Positions 23,046 through 35,347 of a stretch of 64,000 nt of DNA are shown here, in pieces; within the stretch, counting starts at the first letter, position 1, and each line of letters begins with the position of its first letter. This DNA comes from Bugula neritina (Eukaryota; Animalia; Bryozoa): assembly GCA_964035545.1 (NCBI GenBank), contig OZ037768.1, positions 17,033,875-17,097,874 of the forward strand. Direction: 5' to 3'. Below the pieces are notes generated by a model. It had not been told where the DNA came from. It saw only the letters and a list, made by a program, of their open reading frames with translations, and did not search any database. The position numbers and the translations under genes are program-made.

Positions 23046-25879
23046 TGTAAGAGATGATTATATGCACACTTTTCTATTATTAGAATTTCTCAGAATACAA
23101 ATGGCTAAGACCTACTGTACACATAGCTCAGGAGTGCAAATTAAATCACTTGACAAATAATTTGCAGAAAACAAATTCAAAAGGAACATTTTTAGACACA
23201 CACCTTTAAACCAACAACACTCAACTCCCTAAATTTACAGTATATTTTTAATAACATGCATAGTCTAAACACAGTATTAAAAAACAAACAAGTATGGCTG
23301 CAGTTTATAATTTAATTAGCTAAAATTGCATAATTTAAAAGTAGCAGTCTTCATTATTACCAAAAATATCATAAACTTTGAGGTATTATAATATTAAATA
23401 TAGAATTTTCACCTAGAAAAGTAGGCCGTAATGGCAGCACTCCAGGCTAAACTTTGCCTAAACTGATTACAATTATGAAAAGTATTCAGGCCCAAGTATT
23501 ACACTGCAGTTAGTGCATAGTTCTGAATGATCTAGAATTCCAATATGTGATATCTAATGGGCACAACTATTTAAATTTTCTGCTCAACTATTCCTATAGC
23601 AGTTCAAAAATAGATGCTCAGCTAAAATGTAAATGTACATACAAATTAGTAGCAAATTTAGTAACTAAAGTAATTTGGTTTATCACTACCATATCAAGCC
23701 CTGCAATACTGTAAGTCAAAGTTTCCAGCAAATTGTGTATAAATTATGTCATTTGCTCTTCCATAGTGCACCACACAAAAATATGAAGATCCATAGTCTG
23801 GCAGAAAAACACCAATTTTTGACTTAGGTTCGCAACCCCGGATAAAGTTTTTTTCTCTTCTGATTATTCAAATATAGGGTCTAGGTAAATGTTTCCAGGT
23901 GGGTGTGGACTTCTTACCCTTGAGCATTTTGAGAAATTCAAGATGGCCGCCAGGCACTAGACGATTCTTTATAATTCAAATGTATCTACCCACCGAGGCT
24001 AAATTTAAGGTTCCAATGCTTTGAAATCTTTAGAAATTAATATAATAAAGATGCATGTGTCCTTATCATGTGTATTATTGAGTAATAGGCAAATGATCCC
24101 CAAGGGTAACTAAGCTAAGCCTTTATCATTCATTTTTTTAAGTTTAACCTAGCCTTGCCGTGTTTATAATTTCCTTGCATCTCTGCATCAGTTTGTTCTA
24201 AATTCTATGGGGTGATGTTATATGCTGATTACAAATATGTCCAACAAATAAAGCTGAAAGGGGTTCTGCAAAATTGAAATGCAACGCCATTGTCATTTGA
24301 GCTAAATAGCAATTTATTTCAAACTAGCATGCCTATCAAAAAGGTTTGTTGAGCTGCCAATTTAATAGTTATTTTCAGTTTTAAGACTTTAGCCATGTTT
24401 TTTAAAGTTAGAAAAAGGGGTCAACAACCTTAATAACACAACACCATGACTTCTTAACATAATTTAATTGCTTTATTATTGACACATCGTTTATCTAAAT
24501 ATTGACATTTTTGCTTTCGAAAACTACTTCTACTATCAGCACATTTGACTTTTTCTCTAAAAACATTTGTAAACAGTTTTTTTTATGAATAAGAATCTAT
24601 TTTATGCTGGGGGAAGTAATACATCCATTAAAACAGTGGTTCCCTACCTTTTTCATACCAATCTCCTTTCATAAAATTTTACTATTAATTTCTCCACTTT
24701 AATGACTTATGTCCAGTGCAATGGAACACTAATGGTTGAAACGGATTTGGTGAAAGTAGTTAATTCTACTTTTGGTGGTTTTCCCAAAATGCTAAATAGA
24801 AAAAGTCTCCCCAGAATGTACTGGGCCTGAGAATATTGGTGGGAGAGCTGTTGAAGCCAGTCTTTGATGAAAATGTAATCACTAGCATGGAGGACCTTGA
24901 AAAGATGTTGACTAAGATTTCAGAGAGCTCAAGAACAGCAAAACTGTGGGTCATGTGCTTTATTAGACCAATTTTTACCATCAACACCCACATCAAAGCT
25001 GATAGAGAAGGAGACTGGGCCTTACACCTAGCAATGGAAGAGGAAATGCATTTATATCTGTATAGCATGTAGGTCATGCCACAAGATGTAAGGATTGAAT
25101 TCGTGACTGGTAACCACACAATGCATCATAAACTCGGCCAGCTCAACAGCATCTGGTCAAACATGACCATTGAGGTGACCTTTGTGAGATGTGGTCACAG
25201 CAAGGGGGAATCATTGGCATCACCAATAAAACTGAAATTGTCAAGGTGTGGGTGTATAGTACTTCTGCATGCAACAAGATACAGTAAGGCCTCAGTGACA
25301 TCAGAGATGAGTCTGAAATAAATGCTTCCACTACTCATAAGGAAGAGATGCAATCAAGAATCCAATCTGATTCAAGGGACAGAAAGTTTGTCAAAGGGAA
25401 GATTGAACTCTGCAATGTCCTACTCGAAGAAGGATGCCACCCAGTTGCTCTTGTCAATATTGAAACAGAGAAAGTCATCAGTTATTCAGCAATTATTATT
25501 AACAATATTTTTGTCATAGGTAAAGCATATATACAAGAATTTAAAGTGAACTAGTCGGAGGGGTTAACTAAATCCTTGTCATCTAAAGTGAAGACAATGG
25601 TATCATCTCAAAGGCATATTAAGGTTTCTAATACCACTGTATGTGATACTGAAGTCATATATGCCCGAACCATTGTACTCAAGCAGACCAAGAATTTGAA
25701 TGTGGGCTCTTTAATAGCTCATAAACTTGCAGCATTGTCACCTTCTACATTCAAGGAAACAGGGAAAATAAGAAAAACTAAGACCAAGTTAATTTTAAAA
25801 AAATCTGTGAAAATTAAGTTTTCAGAACAGTCTGCGACAAGAAGATAAGAAAATTCCCACCAAGTTGGAGGTTCTGTTA

Positions 25880-26340
25880 TCCATGATGGCAATAAAAACT
25901 ACACTGATGTATGGATATCAGACATGGCCACTGACTCAAAGACAAGAAGGCAAGATAAGTGTAACTGAGATGAGGATGCTTCGACACATTTACAATATAG
26001 AGTGGGAAGACCATGCAACATATGATAATATAAGAGAGGAGGCCAAAATAAAAACTATCGCAATAGGCATGAGGAGGAAACCTCTTCAATGGTATGGACA
26101 TATGCGCAGAAGAGATAGGGAGGAAGATATTATAATGGTGGCTGAGATGAAGATACAGAGAAAGAGAGGGAGGCCAAAGAAAAGGTTAATGGATCCAATG
26201 AAGGATGACATACTGAAATGTGGCCTTTCAGATGAAGATGTTGACGACAGAATCAGATGACACTCTCTGATAGCACTTGGTGCCCTGCAAAATCGACACT
26301 TCCTAGACCACAGCACACTAGGTGAGAAAGTTCGAGACAA
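25880..26340 (+). mobile_element. 5'-truncated RTE-clade non-LTR retrotransposon fragment nested in the Academ-like element
   Basis: ORF 25865-26260 has RTE C-terminal motifs: LMYGYQTWPL, EMRMLRHI, LQWYGHMRR, KRGRPKKRLMD. Confidence 0.85.
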
Positions 26341-26806
26341 ATCCCTATAATGGACAATTTTCTGCCGTCCCATGACCTCTCAGAGTGTGATACAGTGGCA
26401 ACAATGTAAAATATTGGAAAGGGAGTCATACTAAATGTCTTGGATGGAAGAAAAGTGTGATTTGGTGACACTAGGGCTTCTTTTCAGGATGACTATTCAT
26501 ACAAGCTACCAGGTTTATGCTATGTTGCTACGCTTATGCAAAGTGCTCTTCCATGACATCTACAAGACAAAAGGCTTAGAAAACCAAGGTCAGCAATGCT
26601 ATTTGTGATGTGCCTTTAACTTATGTACTTTGCCTCCTACAGATAAAGCTATTGGACAATGTCACCAGAGCACACCTCCAGGAGCCATATGAAACTGCGG
26701 CATTAAACCTACTAGAACATTGGTAGGTGAAAGGGGATCTAATAGAATCTCTTTTCCCAAAAAGAGTAGGAAATGATGTTGCACTTACACCAGACAGTAT
26801 TATGAA

Positions 26807-28936
26807 GGGGATCATTTTACTTAATTTGGTGTACACTCAATGATTCTAGTTTTTGGCGATTTTTTACAATTTAGCTGCTATCGTATATAGATTTTTGCCT
26901 CAAACTATTAAAATTTTAACAAATAAATTGAATAATTAAGGCTTTTCCAATTATGCATGATTTTCTATGTTTTTTCCTAATTTATTAGTACATTGAAATA
27001 TTATATAGACCGTGATGGTTCACAAATTATATATATTTAGCTCGTATGACATGACGCCGCGCTTAAATGTTGCAGGACCTCTTCCCAGTTTTTTTGCTAT
27101 GCATAGTTAGAATTAACAAATTCTATTACCGTAAAATGGGGTAACTTTAGCCACTTGGGGTAACTTTGGCCACTTTGGAAAAAATGTTTAAAATGTAGCT
27201 GGTGCTATATCTATAAAGTCTAAAGATATTTTAATTGTATATATGCACTGACTGCAGATTGGTGCATCCTATTTCTGAAAAATAATTGATATACTTATTT
27301 GCTGCTTCTTGCTGTCAGCCATTTTCAATTTCCTGTTTGACAACAAGATTTTCAGCGCTGTCCAACTTTAATCTATTTGAAGGCATTAGAAAAGCTGGAC
27401 TCATTTTCTTTTTTGAATTAAAGAACTTTGGTGAGTATTTAACCAGGATATTTGTAATTTAGGTAAATAAATTGAAATCCAAAATTAAAATATGTGTCTT
27501 AAATTCACTGTGTACAATTTTTGACAAATTTGGGGTAACTTTGGCCATGACTAAATGGTACTCCAAAGTAGGTTTCTGGCAGCGCTGCGAATTTTCTGTT
27601 ACTTCAGACACATAGTATATTACTCTCTAAAGGCACAATCATTTGATTCACCTATACCCAATGCTTTAGTTATATATTTGAAACAACTTAGAGTCCGAAA
27701 TATGAAATAATTACATGGGGAATTATGCATTTTTGTTCCCAGACAGCAATTTTGTGTTTGAATGTTTTTTTTTATATAAGAATTTGACCATGCATTGTAA
27801 AATGTCTTTTTCAGGACAATTATACTCAGAAAATATTAAAGAAAAGTAACATCTCCAAGATATGGTATATCTGAGGAGATCATTGGTTTTGCTTTATTCA
27901 CAAGAATTGGCAGCTGGAAAGTCTTGACAAGAAGTGGCTAGAAATATGATATTACCAAAGGAACACTACAAAACAGAGCCGCATGAAGACACAAGCTGAA
28001 GCCTGGACGCCAAACTGTGTTAACACAAGTAGAGGAGGTAGCCATTGTTGACCATACTACAAAGCTGGCTCAATGGGGCTTTCCATTAGATAAAACAGAC
28101 TTTCGAATAATAGTCAAGACCTATTTTGACAAATGTGAGAGAAGAGTGCAACATTTCAAAAGCAACTACTCTCAAGATCACTGGAGTCTCAGTTTTATGT
28201 CACGACATAAAGATAGCTTGTCTCACAGGTTGTGCCAAAACATAGCACCGGAATGGGCAACAGTTGATTCTGAAGACATTACGCATTATTTAAAAAATCT
28301 ACAGACAACTGCCACAGCCTATAGTTTGAAAGGTCATACTTGAATTTTAGATTAAATTCAATGGAATTTGAACTTGTACAGTGATTTATTCAATGTTGAC
28401 AGCAAAATACATGATTTTTTATACATATACAAAAATTTTTACACTTAATAACAATGTTCCTCAAATAGCTGTGGTTTCAATGCAATAATTACACTATTAT
28501 AGCTTGCATTTTGTCTAAAATAATTTTTGTTGGTAGTAATGAAGTTGAATAATGTTGTTCTTTAATTTCTAACTGGCTAAAAAAGCTCCAAGTGCTGCTA
28601 ACTTTAGCTACATGGAGAATAACGACACCGGCCAAAGTTACCCCGAAAATAGGGTAACTTTGGCCACCTACTTTTTTTAATACCACAGGAGATCTAGCAG
28701 TCCCAAACTGCAAATGGTTCTTTCATTTAGTGCATATGTTGATAAGCTTCATTTAGCATCCAAAAATTTTAAAGAATATTGTAATCCTTTCATATGACAC
28801 CCAAAATATGTCTCAAAACGGCCAATGTTACCCCATTTTACGGTACTCTATGTAGTAAGTTTTCATGAATTTTGAGCAAACTTTAAAATTTTTGATCATA
28901 ATCTGCTGATGTGTGCTAAATAAAGTAAAATGGCCC
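26807..28936. mobile_element. MITE (same family as 56369-56731) inserted in the transposase ORF and itself interrupted by a pogo-like element
   Basis: Termini GGGATCATTTTACTTAATTT.. / ..AAATAAAGTAAAATGGCCC; the left arm aligns to the 56374 arm. Removing the insert restores the host frame PDSIMK|FITCSC. Confidence 0.65.
27129..28843 (+). mobile_element. Internally deleted pogo/Tigger/Fot1-like (Tc1-mariner superfamily) element
   Basis: TA|CCGTAAAATGGGGTAAC ... GTTACCCCATTTTACGG|TA (TIRs with TA TSD); subterminal repeats GGGTAACTTTGGCCA; ORF 28017-28343 resembles a CENP-B-type HTH (LTQVEEVAIVDH..WGFPLDKTDFRIIV..WSLSFMSRH). No DDE domain remains. Confidence 0.85.
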
Positions 28937-29153
28937 AAATTCATTACATGTTCCTGTGGAAGCCAACAATCATGCAAAACAACGAGATATGGCTATTCTA
29001 GTACATATATCCCATGCACAGAGTTCTGCCCTTGTGAAGCAGTAACAGGAGTGTGCTGCAATGAACTAACATTTCTAACAAATGCTAATGATAGAAAAAA
29101 ATGAGAAAGATGTTTAATATGAACATGAGCAAAAGTTTGTGCATCTGTATGAT

Positions 29154-29186
<33 letters not shown>

Positions 29187-29187
29187 G
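29154..29187. repeat. (TA)n microsatellite
   Basis: tatatatatatatatatatatgtatatatatatg. Confidence 0.85.
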
Positions 29188-29719
29188 TTCAAATTTAACT
29201 TTAGCTGAGCAATATGCCTCTGTATCTTTTTCACTTTCTATTCACTGGCAAAAAGCAATGTTTTTTTTATACATCTGTCCAAACAATTATTCAAAAACCT
29301 TGTATTTTTTCTCTGCACCGTATATGATGTTTTATTGAAGCAATTCCGATTTTTGAGCTGAACAACATGTCTCTTGGCTCTTTACTTTGATTAATTTTGC
29401 ACTGGCATGGCACATATTCATTCCAAAAATGCACATCTATTTAAATCATCAAAAAACTTCTGTTTTTGCATCATAATATAGACTTTATGCCTATTAGATG
29501 ACGATTTTTTCATAATTGGTGGCCATCTTGGATTTCTCGAAATGCTCAAGGGTGGCGGGTCCACACCCACCTGGAAACATTTACCTGGACCCTCAAGATA
29601 AATAATCAAGAGAGAAAAAAACTTTATCCGAGATTGAGAACCTAACCCCCAGTTCTGCCAGACTACCAGTATTTTTCCTTTGTATTACTTGTAGTCATCT
29701 AACAAAGTAAGGGTAACCA

Positions 29720-30600
29720 ACACAAACCTCATAAACATTAGATGCGTTTAACGCTATTATGTGGTTCAACTATAATTAACAAATTATTCACAACTAAGAA
29801 AATTATGAGAGATTTTGTTAGTATTTATGCTTACATTTATGTTTTGCTGCATAATATTATAATCTTCAACAAATCAAAGACACTATTATATTTTTAGCAG
29901 TTGTTTACTCTTGACTTTATTTGGTAAGACAACTCCAAATGAGACTGCAGTACAAGAATTCAAAACTGGTTAAAAAGATAGCATACCCAAGCGAATAAAT
30001 GCTATTTTAACCACAACTGCACAGTAATGCAGAAAGAAAACATGTTCCATTATTTTAAATGATTTATACACTTTGACATCACAGTTTTATAGAAAGCATA
30101 CAAAAATAATATCTCTGCATAATTAAGCCTTAGTATTGTTACCTAAAATTTCAAGCAAGTTGTGTTTACATTATGTTACTTGCTAGAAATCTATATTCTA
30201 CAGTATTTTCCTCAAAAGCCCTGTACTGCTTGCAGTCATAAAATAAAACAAAGTAGAGAAGACAGAAACACAAATCTCACAAACATTAGAGGTGTTTGAA
30301 GCTATTACGTCATTCAACTATACTCAACAAACCATTCACAACTTAGAAAGTTATGGGTTAGTTTGTTAGTGTTTATGCTTACATAACTCATATTCTACAG
30401 TATATTTTTTAACAAAACTCAAATATAATTTCTGGTAGTTGTTTACTCTTGACTATATTTGGCAAGACAACTCCAAATGAGATTGCATACGTGCCTAAAT
30501 GATTAAATACTTGTTTCTATTACAACTGAATAATTATGCAAAAAACAAAGATGCTCTATTATCATGAATGATTTATACACTTTGGTATCATAGTTTTACA
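29720..30600. repeat. Old direct duplication of a non-coding segment (about 29720-30090 vs about 30267-30600)
   Basis: Shared blocks acacaaa.ctca.aaacattaga, agttgtttactcttgact.tatttgg.aagacaactccaaatgaga and atgatttatacactttg occur in the same order. Confidence 0.75.
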
Positions 30601-33600
30601 TAAGATATACATAAGCAAAATTGATTCTAATGAAACATTAAACCTATATTGCAATCCATGCTATCATTGGTCAAATTTTATTGAACCAATCAACTACTTA
30701 CATGCTGTAGCATATTTGAACCTTTAACTGACTGACAGCACTTCCAATGATAAATCACATTTGCTGCTTTTTTTCTGGCTACAAAAATATAATATCTTTA
30801 AAAACATTTCACACAAGTGCGTGAATAAGACATACAGCTCCTACTAAATCACGGAAGTACTTTTTCATACAGCCAAAGATTTTGTCCTTAATTGCAAAGC
30901 ACAAAGTTCTTTGAAGGTACAAACACATTTGTATGGAAATAATTTGAAAGTTGAGTAAAATTTTGAAGCCAACCTAAATCGTCAGCTTTGCTGAAAATGT
31001 CTGGGGCAGTATTTTGATTGAATAGGGAGCCTCTTAACTTGGCTTTTTTTTTAATTTAAGTTCTTTTTTCATAATACAGAATTATTTCTAACTAAGGCCA
31101 GCTTAGTTGAAATATGCATTATTAAAGTAATACTGCACCAAGTTTCTTTTTTGTTTAATGGCAGTTGTCAAAATTATGGCAATAATAAAAATTGCTAAGT
31201 ACTTTCACGTTGTTATATACATACATTAATTAAATTCATACTTGTATCTTTAATTTTATGGCCAATATGCACTCTAATTTTCATTTATCCTCCCTTAGGA
31301 TTCATCTATCATGAGAAAACAACTTCAAAAGAATTTAACTTGATCTAGTACAGTCTTTATAATACATAGCGATTACTTTGCATATTATGTAATCTGTATT
31401 TTTCACAACCTATTGTCAAAACAGTTATGCAAGCACTCCACCGGCCCCTGGTTACGAAGTGTTCCATTTAATGAATAAACTCTTCATTTTTAAACACCTA
31501 GGCTTTCAACAAAACTTCTCAAGAAAATCTTAGAATTTAAATTTCAAAGAGTATTTATTACATGTAATTTTCTGCTAAAATAATATAACTTGGCAAAACT
31601 TGGGTGGATTTTTATAAATTTTCTATAATTATTTCTAGTCAAGGCACCATGTACACTTGCACAAAGTGCAATGCTAAAGCAGCTTTATAGTTGAATACAT
31701 CTGCGGGTGCTTTGAATGTGTTTCTCTGTGTAAAATTGAGAACCTTGAGAGTAAAACAGCTGAAACATTTTCAAGGTAATTTCATACAAGATGAGCTAAA
31801 ATCAATCATTAGCAGAGTACTCTAAACCACAAGTTTATACCACCAAAGTTGCTTATATACAGCCAAATCAACAGAAAAGTGGGTCCCACATTCATGTATT
31901 GTAACAGCTAAAACTGCTTCAATAAAGTTTCATTTCTTAAAAGTATCAGTTACAACAAAGGTTTAAAAATTATTTTGAGTACATTAGAAAATTCAAAAAT
32001 ATCACAGTCATTTTCACTCAGTGGAGAAATGAAGTACAAAACATACACAGGTATTAATGATTGGCTAAAACAGATAAAGCAAAAATTTGTATTACTATTA
32101 TACAATGATAAGTGGGATGTTATAGAATGATGAGTATGGTATTATATAATAATGAGTATAGTTTTCAGTTCAATAGTTGCATGGAGAGCTCCTTCCTAAG
32201 CGAGCTCAACAAAATTCCCTATATAGACAAGAAGATAATAGAATTGGTTTAGCAGGAAGAGAGTTAAACTTTATGGGAAATAAAGAATTGAAGGTACACC
32301 ATTACCTCTCAATAGGTTGCATGTAATCAAAATAAATGAGATATTATGTATTGTAGTGGTTTACTTCCTTATTGATCATGTAGCTATTACTATTATAATT
32401 ATTGGCAACATGACTGTTTTATCATAATTACAATTCAATAAGAACCAATAGAAATTAGAAAAGAGGAATTTTTACTGCACTCCATTATGACAGATCAATT
32501 ATGTTGACCATTATATTGAATAAATTACAGCATAAGCATAATAAATATAATAATAGTAAATGTATAAGACCAACATCGGCATACGACCAATTTGGTTATC
32601 ATACACTTTTTAAAAGATGAAGTAAAACACCTACTCCATGAACATATTTCATTTGTCAGACTAATAGCTGACGTGAGGTGGGAACACTCATTGTTTGCCA
32701 TGAAGAATGTAGTTGATAATAAAATCACATTTTCATATTACGCTGATGCCTAACAGTAAGCACGTTTTAGTACTAGTGATTAACAAACTGCGTCAATGTC
32801 GCCTACAGATTACTTATAATCACTAATTAATACTTAATTTACCTTCCCACACAAATATCCAGCCGTGATGATAAATAAAAAAAATCTACCCTCATCAGAT
32901 AATAATTGTTATTAATGCTTGTTTTATTAGCAAAGATTTGCTGTATTATTGGTTTGCAGAGGAAGATTTCAAACTCGCATGTTAATATGTTTCTATTACT
33001 TTAAACTGGAATAAGTGGGTTAAACATGCAGAGATTACGATAAGCAGCAGTAATAATAGGGATGATCCAGTTGAGCTCACCTCTTGACTCAACACACAGT
33101 TATTCTATTCTCTTCTTCAAATAGGCTATAGTCTGCCAGAGCCTGCCAGCTGCAATATTATGATGCAGAGCAGCACTGATGAATAGAAAGAATACCACTT
33201 GACAAAGGTTAACTCCAGTTATAAATACCAAGCATATTGTATTTATGAATGACATGACCCAGACCCTATTTTTACAAGTAGAAAATAGCAGAGCATATCG
33301 TGAAGGAAAGATACAGTGTGAGCAAGATTATTAGTAACATTAAAACAATATATATCACATTAGCGCCAAGCAGTTCCAAATGATGCAATAGTAAAAGTAT
33401 AAGCATAATATAATATAAAATATGACAATAGCATATGTTTGTGTTAAAACAAGTTTTAAAAACTTTTGTTCTGAGACAGCTTAAATTGACCTAAAATTAG
33501 TATGCACATAATATATAACTAATATACAGCTAATCTACAGTTAAGATAAGCTTAGCATATGCAACTGTAAATATAGTGCATTTGAACATAAAATGAAAGT

Positions 33601-34631
33601 TACCTTCTCAACTTTTCAGGAGACGCCGAAAAAAGTAGTATTGAACACTAAAAAGATAAAAGTAGCATTTGAGCAACTAACTATACCTTAAAGATGTTAC
33701 TTTAAGTTGAGACAAACATACTTTTTCATTAAGAATTATTGCATTTAGTTGATTAGCATTTTTCCATAGCTGGTAGTCATCAAATACATAATCATTTTTT
33801 CATAAGCTTTCAATCAGTTTAGCATCAATATTCACCATGCAATAATATCTATTAAAGAAAGAGGTTATCAAAGTTGAGTACTATTTGAGAAACTATGGTA
33901 TAAACCTAAGAAAACCAATGAGAAACTTGTTTTCTATACTCACAATGATGAAAATAGGGAGTTATTTCCTCTCTTTTGACTTTGAGAAGACAACTATTTA
34001 TAAAAAAGTAATGCATTAATACATAGTGAATCTGCTCTTTAACATTACGATGATTAGCGTAGCCAACAAATGGAAATTTTACAGCAGAAAATGGGATCAA
34101 GAAAATATCACCGACATATATGGAGTATAGATACAGCATGTTTTTTTGACAAACTACTAAATTTGAAACCAACTATGAATCTTGGCTAAATAACCAAAAT
34201 TTAACTTGACGCTTTTAATAGCAGCCAAACAGAATTGCCCATTAAAACCGTTTTTGACAGCAACAACAAAACAAAAACTAAAATACACTTTAATGTGTAT
34301 GTAATGCTTACTTGCAAAACAAAAATGTGCAAATAATGCAATTGCATTGAATTTCCAATTTGAATAATTCAAATTTTCACCAACTAGCTGTAGGAAAAAG
34401 GACAATACCAACAGCAATGTAGGCATAACTTAACAAAAATTAAGAGCCGTTATGTATTAGAATATAGGAGCAAATCACCTTCTATGACCAGTTTCAATAA
34501 TTATTTCTAAGGTGAAAACTAATGAAGAGCCCCAACAAACATGATTGATTACAATAATCCTTATTAATACTGTCATTAATCTACTAAGGACTTCCATAAC
34601 AAGATTCTCTCAGGCATGACTACAAGATACA

Positions 34632-34729
34632 CCAATCAGCTAAAACCACCAATCAGCAGCCAACAAATCGAATTCGAGGTTTGGTCAAGAGAGTATAAAA
34701 CAGCTGTGTAATCAAGATACTTCAGATTC
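34632..34729 (+). promoter_or_regulatory. Putative core promoter of collagen B (two CCAAT boxes, TATA, Inr-like)
   Basis: CCAATCAGC at 34632 and 34649; TATAAAA at 34694; TCAGATTC with its A at 34724, 30 nt after the TATA start. Confidence 0.65.
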
Positions 34730-34797
34730 TCTCCTCTGAATTTCAAAGAAGAGAGTTCCAGAATATCATCTTCTCCATCTGTAACACTACACAGAGG
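34724..34797 (+). other. Putative non-coding first exon of collagen B
   Basis: Runs from the Inr-like site to the donor GG|GTAAGC at 34798; acceptor TTTGTAG ends at 35340. Confidence 0.55.
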
Positions 34798-35347
34798 GTA
34801 AGCATGGACTTTTTTCACTATCTGGGAGAGTTAATATAAACCTGGTTGTAGATAATATAATATTAGCTATCTTTAGGTTTATTAATCAAGAAAAGTCAAA
34901 TAAAATTTAGTCAATTTATTTTCATGAGTTGAAACAAATATTTGAAATTTAACTTGATGGTTAAAAAAGAATAATTTTTTAAAGGGTAATATGAAAATAT
35001 TATTAGTAAAATCATACACTTGCTTATTTATTCTACACTCAAAAACTTGTTTTTGACTTTATAGGAAACGTTTTGCTGAATTTTTTAAGCACTAGACTAC
35101 ATGGCTGAGTGTAGGAATTACCAAAATTAGCCAAAATTTTCAAATAGAACATTACTTTAGGAAAGACTAAAAATTTCTATAACCTTTTATTCCTTAAAAT
35201 TTCTAAGCTATTAAAAAACTATATGGCAGATTATTTAATGAATTTTATTATATACAAACAGTATTCTAAAATTCCACGTGAAATAAAATTATTAACTGCC
35301 ATTAGACAATTGTAATACTGATTGTATACTTGATTTGTAGAGTAAAG

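Larger units (their letters stand above)
23794..29665 (+). mobile_element. Decayed Academ-like (AcademX-type) DNA transposon carrying nested insertions
   Basis: Imperfect TIRs of about 150 nt (23794 TAGTCTGGCAGAA.. / ..TTCTGCCAGACTA 29665; internal block ggtaaatgtttccaggtgggtgtggac inverted); 3-bp direct repeat CCA on both flanks. Disrupted transposase fragments: IKADREGDWALHL (about 24990-25030), XPG/H3TH-like HDLSECDTVATM*NIGK (about 26370), LPPTDKA..RAHLQ (about 26630), C-terminal Cys-rich finger CSCGSQQSCKTT..CTEFCPC..CCN (28948-29062). The superfamily call rests on recalled Academ traits, not on a database search. Confidence 0.72.

Noticed and set aside
30600-34500. Short ORFs in the AT-rich intergenic region (e.g. 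32525-32728, 33906-34426)
   Set aside because: Low-complexity chance ORFs; no exon chain or recognisable motif.
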